Assembly: GCA_024699125.1 (NCBI GenBank)
Contig: JAILQE010000007.1
Coordinates: forward strand, 2,236 to 66,235
From: Candidatus Saccharimonadota bacterium
GTDB lineage: Bacteria > Patescibacteriota > Saccharimonadia > Saccharimonadales > Saccharimonadaceae
DNA length: 64,000 bases
Direction: 5' to 3'
The notes under the pieces: generated by a model
Told to the model about the DNA's origin: nothing
The model's database searches: none
What the model saw: only the letters and a program-made list of their open reading frames with translations
Shown here: in pieces, positions 44,813 through 56,736 of the stretch
Layout of the letters: each line of letters begins with the position of its first letter
Position numbering within the stretch: position 1 is the stretch's first letter
Translations under genes and position numbers: made by a program

Positions 44813-45789
44813 ACGCCAACCACCCCCTCATAAATAATAAACCCGTAATAAATTGCAAAGGTTAGAAGCATCATAAACCCTTCCATGCGCGAAATTTTGC
44901 GGTCAAATCTCGTAACGATAAATAGCAGCGCCGCCGAACCAATCAGCATCGCAAGATCAATCACCTGGAAACTGCCCGGCGTAACCGCGCCAAAAAGAAG
45001 CACCGGAAAACTCAGTACGACACAAATATTAAAAATGTTGCTGCCGATGATATTGCCAACAATGAGGTCAGTTTCTTTGCGTTTTGCTGCTGTGATGGTT
45101 GTGATGAGCTCCGGTAAAGAGGTTCCGAGCGCCACCACGGTGAGCGAAATCAAGCGTTCTGATATGCCAATTTTAGTTGCAAAGCCGGTCGCGCCGTTTA
45201 CCACCAACTGGCTACCGCCGATAATCGCCACAAGTCCAAGAATGGTCAAAACGAAAGATTTGCCAAGTTTATATTGCGGTTTTTCAGGCTTTTTAGATCT
45301 TGCGTCACGGTTTTGCCGGACCATCGCGATTAAATAATAGAGGAACACAGCGAAAAACAAGAAACAAACCAGTGCATCTGCACGCGTGATTTGGTTTAAG
45401 ATCGCATTGCTAAGCGTGGTATCGAGAAAAAGCACGATGAGAGCCGTCGAAATCAAAAGTAGAATTGGGATTTCCTTTACCACCGTGTTCTTTTTAACCA
45501 CAATCGGGCAAATCACGGCACCAATCCCAAGCAGCAGCAGAATGTTCATAATGTTGCTACCTACCACGTTGCCAATCAACATGTCGGTACTACCAGACGC
45601 AAGGGAACTAATCGAAATCGCAAGCTCCGGCGCACTGGTGCCAAACGCGATAATAGTGAGGCCAATCAACATTTTAGACACTTTAAAATTGGCCGCAATC
45701 GAAGATGCGCCCGAAATCAAAATATCGGCCCCCTTAATAAGGAGGATAAACCCCACGACAAGCATCAGAATTTGTAGAACAATGTCCAT
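44809..45789 (-). CDS. Ca2+/Na+ antiporter (CaCA, YrbG-like)
   Basis: Two alpha-repeats: GNVVGSNIMNILLLLG and GNIIGSNIFNICVVL. Confidence 0.8.
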   Translation of the reverse strand: MDIVLQILMLVVGFILLIKGADILISGASSIAANFKVSKMLIGLTIIAFGTSAPELAISISSLASGSTDMLIGNVVGSNIMNILLLLGIGAVICPIVVKKNTVVKEIPILLLISTALIVLFLDTTLSNAILNQITRADALVCFLFFAVFLYYLIAMVRQNRDARSKKPEKPQYKLGKSFVLTILGLVAIIGGSQLVVNGATGFATKIGISERLISLTVVALGTSLPELITTITAAKRKETDLIVGNIIGSNIFNICVVLSFPVLLFGAVTPGSFQVIDLAMLIGSAALLFIVTRFDRKISRMEGFMMLLTFAIYYGFIIYEGVVGV

Positions 45790-45944
45790 TTTCGTGTTTG
45801 TTTTTAGCTTTTACTCTTTAACTGTATCACACTTATGCCAATCTGTAAAGAGTATGCTTTTTATGTATTGACTTTTTAACGATTTTGTGCTATAATAATA
45901 AGAGTTCGTTTTTTTCCCAAAAAATTAGAAAAGAGGTGATAAAG

Positions 45945-46298
45945 ATGAAGGGGATTGACGAAGGAACAAGAAAAATGATGGATGCTTACTGCAAGCTCCA
46001 CTTCGAGGAAGGCAAGACACCTAAAGAGATAGCTAGGAAGTTTCGTCTTAGCTACACCTGCGTTCTTGCCCACCTTGATGAGATAGCGATGGAAAATGGT
46101 TGCACGAGAGCAGAACTGCTCGAAGCGCCAAATAGATCTGGTGAAAGACTCAGGTATTGCGGACGGTTGAAAACGGCTGAACCGCTTGACCTGAGCCAGT
46201 TGAAAGAGGATACCGCCAAAACAATAGACGATATTGGAAAAATGGTGAAATCCGTTGACGAGATTCTCAAAAAAGAAAGGGGAGAGAAAAATGAATAA
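45945..46298 (+). CDS. Hypothetical HTH-containing protein
   Basis: SD AGAGGTG. HTH-like KTPKEIARKFRLSYTCVLAHL. The start was moved to 45945. Confidence 0.4.
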   Translation: MKGIDEGTRKMMDAYCKLHFEEGKTPKEIARKFRLSYTCVLAHLDEIAMENGCTRAELLEAPNRSGERLRYCGRLKTAEPLDLSQLKEDTAKTIDDIGKMVKSVDEILKKERGEKNE

Positions 46299-47097
46299 AA
46301 CCAGAAAAAGCCCTCGCTCGATCGCTAATGCGATTAAAAGAGGAGAAGGCAGTCGCCAAATCATCGACAAGCATGGGTTTGATGATTTAATGGAGTTGCA
46401 AAACTTCATTAAGGCGTCGTACCGCGAAAGCGAAGCCCTGCTCTCATCATTGGCAAAGAATGACGAACGGAATACAATTCGACGTCGCAGGGCAGTATTC
46501 GACCCTGAACCGGTCGAGTTGGACATCGTTGAGCCTACCGAGCCCGCAGAAGCCGAAACGCTTGAGGCGAAAAGAGACCGGTTGTCGGATGAAGCCGTTG
46601 CTCTCGAAGTCGAACACAAGGCCATAGTGTCCCAACGAAAGGCTATTGTCGACAGCTTTGTCGAACTCCGTCGAGAGCTTAAGGACATGGAGCTGAAGGT
46701 TAAAGAACTCGGCAAGAAAATTCTTAAGAAAGAGGAGAAGGCAGGAGAGCTTGGAGCGAAGATGAACGAGCTATCTTCAAAACATTCTGCAGTCATGGCT
46801 GAACTTTCAGCTGTAAGGGGACAGATTGCCGAGAAGAATAAGCTCATCGTCTTAGTATCGAGCGACGGGACCATTGACGTATGTCGTGGCAACGAGCCGT
46901 TGGCGATAGAATTCGAAGGATGGGAGGAAAAACGTGACTCCATGTATAACGACGAGTCTGGCAAATACGAAGAGCTGTCTAAAAAGCAGCTTGGAGTCTT
47001 AGCTAAGCTCTGTATACTGAAGAGCAATTTCCAGAATTCCTTAATAGAGTTTACGATCGACGCTCCGTATAAGGCCCTGCAGGGTCTTATAGCCTAA
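46291..47097 (+). CDS. Hypothetical coiled-coil protein
   Basis: SD GGGGAGAG. ATGAATAA overlap with the upstream gene. Central heptad-rich segment of about 100 aa. The start was moved to 46291. Confidence 0.4.
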   Translation: MNKTRKSPRSIANAIKRGEGSRQIIDKHGFDDLMELQNFIKASYRESEALLSSLAKNDERNTIRRRRAVFDPEPVELDIVEPTEPAEAETLEAKRDRLSDEAVALEVEHKAIVSQRKAIVDSFVELRRELKDMELKVKELGKKILKKEEKAGELGAKMNELSSKHSAVMAELSAVRGQIAEKNKLIVLVSSDGTIDVCRGNEPLAIEFEGWEEKRDSMYNDESGKYEELSKKQLGVLAKLCILKSNFQNSLIEFTIDAPYKALQGLIA

Positions 47098-47193
47098 CGT
47101 CCATCATTGGAAAGGGGGTGATAAATGCCGCTGACGTTTTGGCGGTATTTTTCTTGCCTAAAAACCAAAAACTATGATATAATAAGACCACAT

Positions 47194-47270
47194 GCGAATG
47201 TAGCTCAGTTGTTTAGAGCGCTTCCTTGCCAAGGAAGAGGTCGAGAGTTAGAGTCTCTTCATTCGCACCA
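47194..47270 (+). tRNA. tRNA-Gly (anticodon GCC) with an atypical D loop and T loop
   Basis: Manual fold: GCGAATG acceptor, D loop AGTTGTTTA (no GG), anticodon stem-loop CTTCC-TTGCCAA-GGAAG, T arm GAGAG-TTAGAGT-CTCTT, ACCA end. TGATATAAT lies 10 nt upstream. Confidence 0.75.
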
Positions 47271-47378
47271 TTTTTGTATAGAATCAAGAATGCTCCATCG
47301 GAGCCTTTTTTGTGCCTCACACGTTGAACTTACGCTAAGTCCGGTGTATAATATAACCATAAATAGGAGAATTAAAAA

Positions 47379-47948
47379 ATGCCAACTTGGCTAATTGTCC
47401 TGTTGATAGTACTCGGCGTAATCCTACTCATCGCCATCATTATCGCAGGTATGTACAACGCATTAGTAAGATTAAACACTCGTGTAGACGAAGCATGGTC
47501 TGATATCACCGTGCAACTCAAACGTCGTGCGGATATGATTCCACAACTCGTCAGCACCATCAAAGGCTATGCCAAACACGAAACCGAAGCTATCAAACAA
47601 GTTTCCGAAGCTCGTGCCAAAATGATGGGCGCCAGAAGCGTCGCCAGCACCGCCGAAGCAGATCGCTCTATGCTTGGTGCACTTTCCCGCATCATGGCAA
47701 TTTCTGAATCTTACCCAGATCTCAAAGCCGATAAAAACTTCCAACAGCTTCAAAATGCTATCGAAGACACCGAAAACAAAGTTCAAGCTTCTCGCCGCTT
47801 CTACAACGCTGGCGTCAAAGATCTTAACACTAGAATCGATGTTTTCCCATACAACGTTTTGTTCCACAAATTCAAAAAACGTGAATTCTACGAAGTAGAC
47901 GCTAAAGAATACGATCGCATCGAAAAAGCTCCAAACATTGAGTTTTAA
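47379..47948 (+). CDS. lemA: LemA-family membrane protein
   Basis: TM helix, then YNALVRLNTRVDEAWSDITVQLKRRADMIPQLV. Confidence 0.85.
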   Translation: MPTWLIVLLIVLGVILLIAIIIAGMYNALVRLNTRVDEAWSDITVQLKRRADMIPQLVSTIKGYAKHETEAIKQVSEARAKMMGARSVASTAEADRSMLGALSRIMAISESYPDLKADKNFQQLQNAIEDTENKVQASRRFYNAGVKDLNTRIDVFPYNVLFHKFKKREFYEVDAKEYDRIEKAPNIEF

Positions 47949-47956
47949 GGAGCAAA

Positions 47957-48815
47957 ATGTACAAGCAAATCGCCGCAAACAAACGAAAGACCGTCTATCT
48001 TATGATTGGTTTTGTCGTCTTCATTGCGGCGATTTCTTGTATTTTTGCCTGGTATTTTAGGGATTGGACCATCGCCCTTTGGACACTTCTTGTTTCAATC
48101 GGCTACGCGGTTTTGCAGTATTTTCTTTCAAGTTCTCTAGCCACTGCCATGGCGGGCGCTAAAGAAATTGAAAAAAAGGATTGCCCGCGACTTTATAACG
48201 CCGTAGAAAACTTGAGTATTACTACCGGTTTACCAATGCCAAAAGTTTATATTGTGAATGACTCTGCGCCAAACGCTTTTGCGACTGGTCGCAATCCAAA
48301 AAATGCTATCGTGGCTGCCACCACCGGCCTGCTCGACATCATGGATGACAACGAGCTCACTGCCGTGATGGCGCACGAAATGTCGCACGTCAAAAACTAC
48401 GACATCCGTGTTTCTACGATCGTGTTTGGTTTGGTTTGCGTAGTGGGCATGTTGGCTGATATTTCATCGCGCTTCCTGTTTTATGGTAGCCGCCGTCGCA
48501 ATGAAGAGCGCAGTCCAGTAGGCGCAATTCTTATGATTGTCACCGCGATTCTCGCACCGATTTTTGCTGCGATGGCCCAAATGGCCGTTTCGCGCCAGCG
48601 CGAATATTTGGCCGATGCTTCAGCCGTTAATATTACGCGCTATCCAGAAGGTATGATTAACGCACTTAAAAAATTACAATCTCACTCACAGCCAATGAAG
48701 AGTCAAAACTCTGCCATGGCGCAAATGTATATCAACAACCCTTTGCGCAAAGGCTTCCTAAGCAATTTGTTCAGCACACACCCGCCAATTGAAAAACGTA
48801 TTGAAAGGCTCGAAC

Positions 48816-48835
<20 letters not shown>
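47957..48835 (+). CDS. htpX: Zinc metalloprotease HtpX (M48)
   Basis: HEMSHVKNYD (HEXXH) with four TM helices. The usual lemA-htpX pairing. Confidence 0.85.
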
Positions 48836-52513
<3,678 letters not shown>

Positions 52514-52623
52514 AACTTTAGAATACCACATCTTATCACTCTCTTAAATTCTTGACTTTTAAGCATAAGTATGATATAATATGAGTACTGGCTCTACATT
52601 CCAAAAAAGAGGAGGGACTGCGT

Positions 52624-53028
52624 ATGAAGGATGCGGTAGTGATAGGAGGCCCGAGCCGGAATAGCCTCATTGAGTCATTGGACTACCATATTAATGGTGG
52701 AACTAAGAAGGAGGTGTTCTTTACATTATTGTCCGATGAAGGTGAAGAAAAACAATACACCGGAGTCGTTACCGGACTTAACGCAAGTTGGCGATTGAGC
52801 AAAGGTAACGGGTCTATACTTGATGTCACGGGAGTTTTTCGTCTTGAAGGCGAGAAGAAACCTAAGCGGTGGTTAATCCGCATCAAGCATTACGACACTA
52901 TGGGCGCAAGAAGTGGGTACGTGCAAAAAATGGTGCATCTTAAGCCCGAAATGCCGGCCAATCCTGAACCGAAGGGTAATGAACCCAAGAAAAAGAGAAG
53001 GCCCAAAAAGCCGTATAAGAAAAGATAG
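52624..53028 (+). CDS. Hypothetical protein with a basic C-terminal tail
   Basis: Promoter TTGACT-N17-TGATATAAT. SD GAGGAGGG. Tail KKKRRPKKPYKKR. Confidence 0.4.
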   Translation: MKDAVVIGGPSRNSLIESLDYHINGGTKKEVFFTLLSDEGEEKQYTGVVTGLNASWRLSKGNGSILDVTGVFRLEGEKKPKRWLIRIKHYDTMGARSGYVQKMVHLKPEMPANPEPKGNEPKKKRRPKKPYKKR

Positions 53029-53038
53029 GAGGTGGACT

Positions 53039-53329
53039 ATGAATGTTTTTCTGAACTGCCAGGATAAGCCGATCGGCACTATCAAAAGAATTGCCGAAAG
53101 GTTCGAGCTCGAAATTCGAGGAAACATCATCAAGCGCGACGTCGTGGATGACAATACGTTTACTTCGCATAGGATGAATCTCGTATCATGCGGAGAAGAC
53201 CAGGGACTCACGTTTGGTGAGTACTCGAGAGACGTTGAAAAAGGTGGAAAAAGAATAGGCACATATAAGAATATGTTTCTCGAAGGCCTCCCGATCAAGG
53301 TCATAACGCTCATTAATTACTTTATCTAA
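53039..53329 (+). CDS. Hypothetical protein (96 aa)
   Basis: SD TAGGAGGTGG, then 4 nt, then ATG at 53039. The upstream part of the track ORF overlaps the previous gene. Confidence 0.4.
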   Translation: MNVFLNCQDKPIGTIKRIAERFELEIRGNIIKRDVVDDNTFTSHRMNLVSCGEDQGLTFGEYSRDVEKGGKRIGTYKNMFLEGLPIKVITLINYFI

Positions 53330-53368
53330 ACTTAACCCTCGCCCGGAATCGGGCGGGGGTTAAATTTT

Positions 53369-53608
53369 GGGTGATCGACGGGAGGACGCTCGCTGAAGCT
53401 CGCTATCCGCCTTTGGCGGGCGAACCCTGCGGGAAGGTGATCTCGGCGGTAGTGGCTTCGCCCCTCCCTCCTCGTCACCAAATAAAAAAACAAGCCTTAC
53501 GGCTTCTTTTTTCTTTGGTGATCGACGCGTGCTTCGCACGCTACAGATCACCGGCGTTTCTCAAAAACAAAAATAAGACTTACGGCTTATTTTTGTTTTT
53601 TCTAAACT
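53369..53608 (-). repeat. tRNA-Glu trailer: three same-sense and one inverted copy of the tRNA 3' end, interleaved with long hairpins
   Basis: GGTGATC at 53370, 53437 (GGTGATCTCGGCGG, 14 nt exact) and 53518. The inverted GATCACC lies at 53546. Two hairpins carry a GCCTTACGGC / GACTTACGGC apex. A pseudo T-loop CGAACCC lies at about 53421. Confidence 0.7.
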
Positions 53609-53683
53609 TGGTGATCTCGGCGGGAGTCGAACCCGTATTGTCGGGATGAAAACCCGATGTACTAACCGCTATACTACGAGACC
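53609..53683 (-). tRNA. tRNA-Glu (anticodon TTC)
   Basis: Manual fold: GGTCTCG acceptor, anticodon stem-loop TCGGG-TTTTCAT-CCCGA, T arm CGGG-TTCGACT-CCCG, ACCA end. Confidence 0.85.
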
Positions 53684-53719
53684 ATAGTTAGTTAACATAA
53701 TATATTATATTAGATTTAC

Positions 53720-54157
53720 CTAAAATTTGCAAGAGTATTTGTATTCTATGTGGTAATTTGTCTTGCCGTATGGTGCGTCTGGAATGATGCGTGCCGAGGT
53801 GCTGTTGATGTCGCAGTAACGGCCGAGTTCGTCGACTTCGTCGGCATGTTTGCCGTTGTCGTATAGTAGTAATTGTCTTAATGCTACTTCCGAAAAACCG
53901 TACTCACTGTATTTTTTCATCAAATTTTCACGATTGCTCTCAGGGATAGAGCCGGTAAATTTATCGTAGTAATACTCTTCATAATATTCGTGCGCAAGAG
54001 ATTCGATGCGGCCTTTAATCCGCCGTTCCGGAGTTAAAAACAGTACCACAAGCGTAGCTACCGCCACCAAAACCACGCAAACCATAATAATAATCATTGT
54101 GGTTTTGCGTGAAAATTTCACTAATTTGTTCAAGCGTTTGATACACGGCCTAGTCAT
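53720..54157 (-). CDS. Hypothetical membrane-anchored protein
   Basis: One N-terminal TM helix. No family recognised. Confidence 0.4.
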   Translation of the reverse strand: MTRPCIKRLNKLVKFSRKTTMIIIMVCVVLVAVATLVVLFLTPERRIKGRIESLAHEYYEEYYYDKFTGSIPESNRENLMKKYSEYGFSEVALRQLLLYDNGKHADEVDELGRYCDINSTSARIIPDAPYGKTNYHIEYKYSCKF

Positions 54158-54201
54158 AACTCCATCTTATCATAACATCTAGCTTATGGTAATATATAAC
54201 T

Positions 54202-55635
54202 ATGAGCAAACTTTTTAAACGTACTAAAATTCTAGCAACTATCGGGCCAGCTGTTGACTCCCCAGAAAAAATCGAAGAAATTATTATGGCCGGCGTTAAT
54301 GCCTGCCGCCTTAACTGTTCCCACGGTTCCGACGAAGAACGCGCCCGCCACATTGGCTGGATCCGCGCCGCCGCTGCCAAAAAAGGCCGTTCTGTTGCGA
54401 TTTTGCAAGATTTGCAAGGTCCAAAAATTCGCCTTGGCATGCTTAAAGACAATCACCTAGATTTGAAAAAAGGCGATGAATTGATCCTGGATTCTGCGCT
54501 CGAGAATCACGATGGTGGGCTCACGGTCCCAGTGCAATATAATCTCGCCAGCAAGGTTAAACCAGGCGAACCAATCTTCATGTTTGACGGCAAAATCAAA
54601 AGCCACGTTGTAGAAATTGTTTCCGACACCGCCATCAAAGTTGAAATCGAAAACGAAGGCTTCATTATGTCTAAAAAAGGCCTCAATCTTCCTGATACCG
54701 ATTTTGGCGGCGATATTTTAACTCAGAAAGATCTCGACGATATTAAATTTGGTGCCGAACACGACTTTGATTATGTGGCGCTTTCATTTGTGCAGAGCGC
54801 CAGTGACATCGAAAAACTCAAACAAATTTTGTTGTCGCACGGTTCAACTGCTAAAGTAATCGCCAAAATTGAAACCAAAAAAGCCATCGAAACCGACGAA
54901 GCTTTGGAAGCTATCGTCAAGGCTGCCGACGGCATCATGGTGGCACGCGGCGACATGGCTGTCGAAGCCGGTGCCGAAGTTGTGCCAATCGTCCAACGCA
55001 AACTTATTGCCCTTTGCCGCGCCAATTCCAAGCTTTGTATCGTGGCAACCCAAATGCTTAGCTCCATGGTAGATAATCCAGAACCAACTCGTGCTGAAGT
55101 TTCCGACGTCGCTACCGCTGTTATTCAGGGCGCCGACGTAGTGATGCTTTCCGACGAAACCGCGAACGGCAAATATCCACTCGAGACCGTGCAAGAAATG
55201 AAAAAAGTGATTTTGTATGCGCAAAATCATTCTAGAGTTGCTACGATTTCGCAAGCTCCAACCGGCGACTTCGAAGTTTATAACGCAATTTCACACGCTG
55301 CCGCTCGCCTCGCCGAGACCATCGATGCCGACGTGATTGTGTGCCAAACCAAATCTGGCACCACTTCACGCTCGATCGCTGCGCAACGTCCAAACGTACC
55401 AATCATTTCCGTTACTGACAACGCACGCGTGGCTAACCAGCTCGCTATGATTTATGCTAACACGGCATTCGTGCGTGAGTATTCCGATAATTACGGCTAC
55501 GATTTAGCCAAAGAACTCAAAGAAAGTGGTTACATTCACACTAAAGACGGCAAAAAAGATTTGCTCGCAGTGATTGTTTCGGGTGGCAAAGATAAAATCG
55601 GCGGCACCGACACCATTCAGGTCCGCTATGTTTAA
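54202..55635 (+). CDS. pyk: Pyruvate kinase
   Basis: TKILATIGPA, NCSHG and MVARGDMAVE motifs. Confidence 0.92.
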   Translation: MSKLFKRTKILATIGPAVDSPEKIEEIIMAGVNACRLNCSHGSDEERARHIGWIRAAAAKKGRSVAILQDLQGPKIRLGMLKDNHLDLKKGDELILDSALENHDGGLTVPVQYNLASKVKPGEPIFMFDGKIKSHVVEIVSDTAIKVEIENEGFIMSKKGLNLPDTDFGGDILTQKDLDDIKFGAEHDFDYVALSFVQSASDIEKLKQILLSHGSTAKVIAKIETKKAIETDEALEAIVKAADGIMVARGDMAVEAGAEVVPIVQRKLIALCRANSKLCIVATQMLSSMVDNPEPTRAEVSDVATAVIQGADVVMLSDETANGKYPLETVQEMKKVILYAQNHSRVATISQAPTGDFEVYNAISHAAARLAETIDADVIVCQTKSGTTSRSIAAQRPNVPIISVTDNARVANQLAMIYANTAFVREYSDNYGYDLAKELKESGYIHTKDGKKDLLAVIVSGGKDKIGGTDTIQVRYV

Positions 55636-55643
55636 GGAGGATT

Positions 55644-56696
55644 ATGAATTTAAAAACCATTCGCGACATTGATGTCAAAGATAAAACCGTGCTTGTGCGC
55701 GTGGATTACAACGTGCCAATTAAAGACGGTGAAGTTGAAAGTGATTTAAGGATTTCTGCCAGCCTGCCAACTATTCAATTTTTGCTCGATGGTGGCGCCA
55801 AAAAAGTGGTGCTGATTTCGCACCTTGGCCGTCCGGAAGGGAAAGAGAATCCAGAATTTAGTTTAAAGCCAGCCGTCGAATGTTTGCGCGCGCTTTTGCC
55901 TGGCCCCGAAATCGGCTTCTTTGAAATTAAAAAAGGCCAGCACCTGGTTGATCTTTCAAACTGCCGTGTAGCTTTGCTCGAAAACTTGCGTTTTGATCCA
56001 CGTGAAGAAGCAAACGATGCTGAGTTTGCTAAAGAAATCGTAGAATTTACTGGCGCTGAGATTTTCGTACAAGATGGTTTTGCCGTGGTGCACCGTGCCC
56101 ACGCTTCAACCGACGCGATTAGTATACTTTTACCTTCCTACGCCGGCCTACTTTTAGAAAAGGAAATCAACGGGCTTTCTAAAGTGATTAATAATCCAGA
56201 ACGTCCGCTTCTTATGATTATCGGTGGCGCTAAAGTCGAAGACAAAGCTCCATTAATTGAAAAATTCATCGGCCTTGCCGACCAAATCGCCGTGGGTGGC
56301 AAAATCGCCGCCGATGGTTACACGAATTCGTCCGACAAAATTTATGTTGCCGATGATTTTGACGAAGATACGGCTGGTGCCAAACTCGATGTTGGCCCAT
56401 CCAGTACCATTAAAATTGCCGAAATGATTCAAAGTGCCAAAACCGTAGTTTGGAACGGCTTGCTAGGAAAAGCCGAAGACGCTGCCTATGCCACCTCATC
56501 TACCATCGTGGCAGAACTAATGGGCGAAAGTGCAGACAAAACCACCGTAATTTGTGGTGGCGATACTACCGGATTTGTCGAACAAATGATGTTAGAACAC
56601 CCGCAACTTAAATATTCGCTCGTTTCTACGGGTGGTGGCGCGGCGCTCGAATTCTTGCTTGGAAATGACTTGCCTGGCCTTGCCGGCCTAAAGTAA
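55644..56696 (+). CDS. pgk: Phosphoglycerate kinase (short form)
   Basis: VLVRVDYNVP and SHLGRP motifs, with a C-terminal GGGAALEFL. Confidence 0.9.
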   Translation: MNLKTIRDIDVKDKTVLVRVDYNVPIKDGEVESDLRISASLPTIQFLLDGGAKKVVLISHLGRPEGKENPEFSLKPAVECLRALLPGPEIGFFEIKKGQHLVDLSNCRVALLENLRFDPREEANDAEFAKEIVEFTGAEIFVQDGFAVVHRAHASTDAISILLPSYAGLLLEKEINGLSKVINNPERPLLMIIGGAKVEDKAPLIEKFIGLADQIAVGGKIAADGYTNSSDKIYVADDFDEDTAGAKLDVGPSSTIKIAEMIQSAKTVVWNGLLGKAEDAAYATSSTIVAELMGESADKTTVICGGDTTGFVEQMMLEHPQLKYSLVSTGGGAALEFLLGNDLPGLAGLK

Positions 56697-56736
56697 AATA
56701 TTCACACCGTGATATATTTGTGGTATAATATTTTGT

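Noticed and set aside
45876-47027. 383-aa minus-strand ORF covering the whole 45.9-47.1 kb island
   Set aside because: It is Ser/Phe/Leu-rich and low in complexity, with no SD or promoter. It lies exactly antisense to two plus-strand genes that have SDs and translational coupling. It is a typical shadow frame of GAA/AAG-rich coding DNA.
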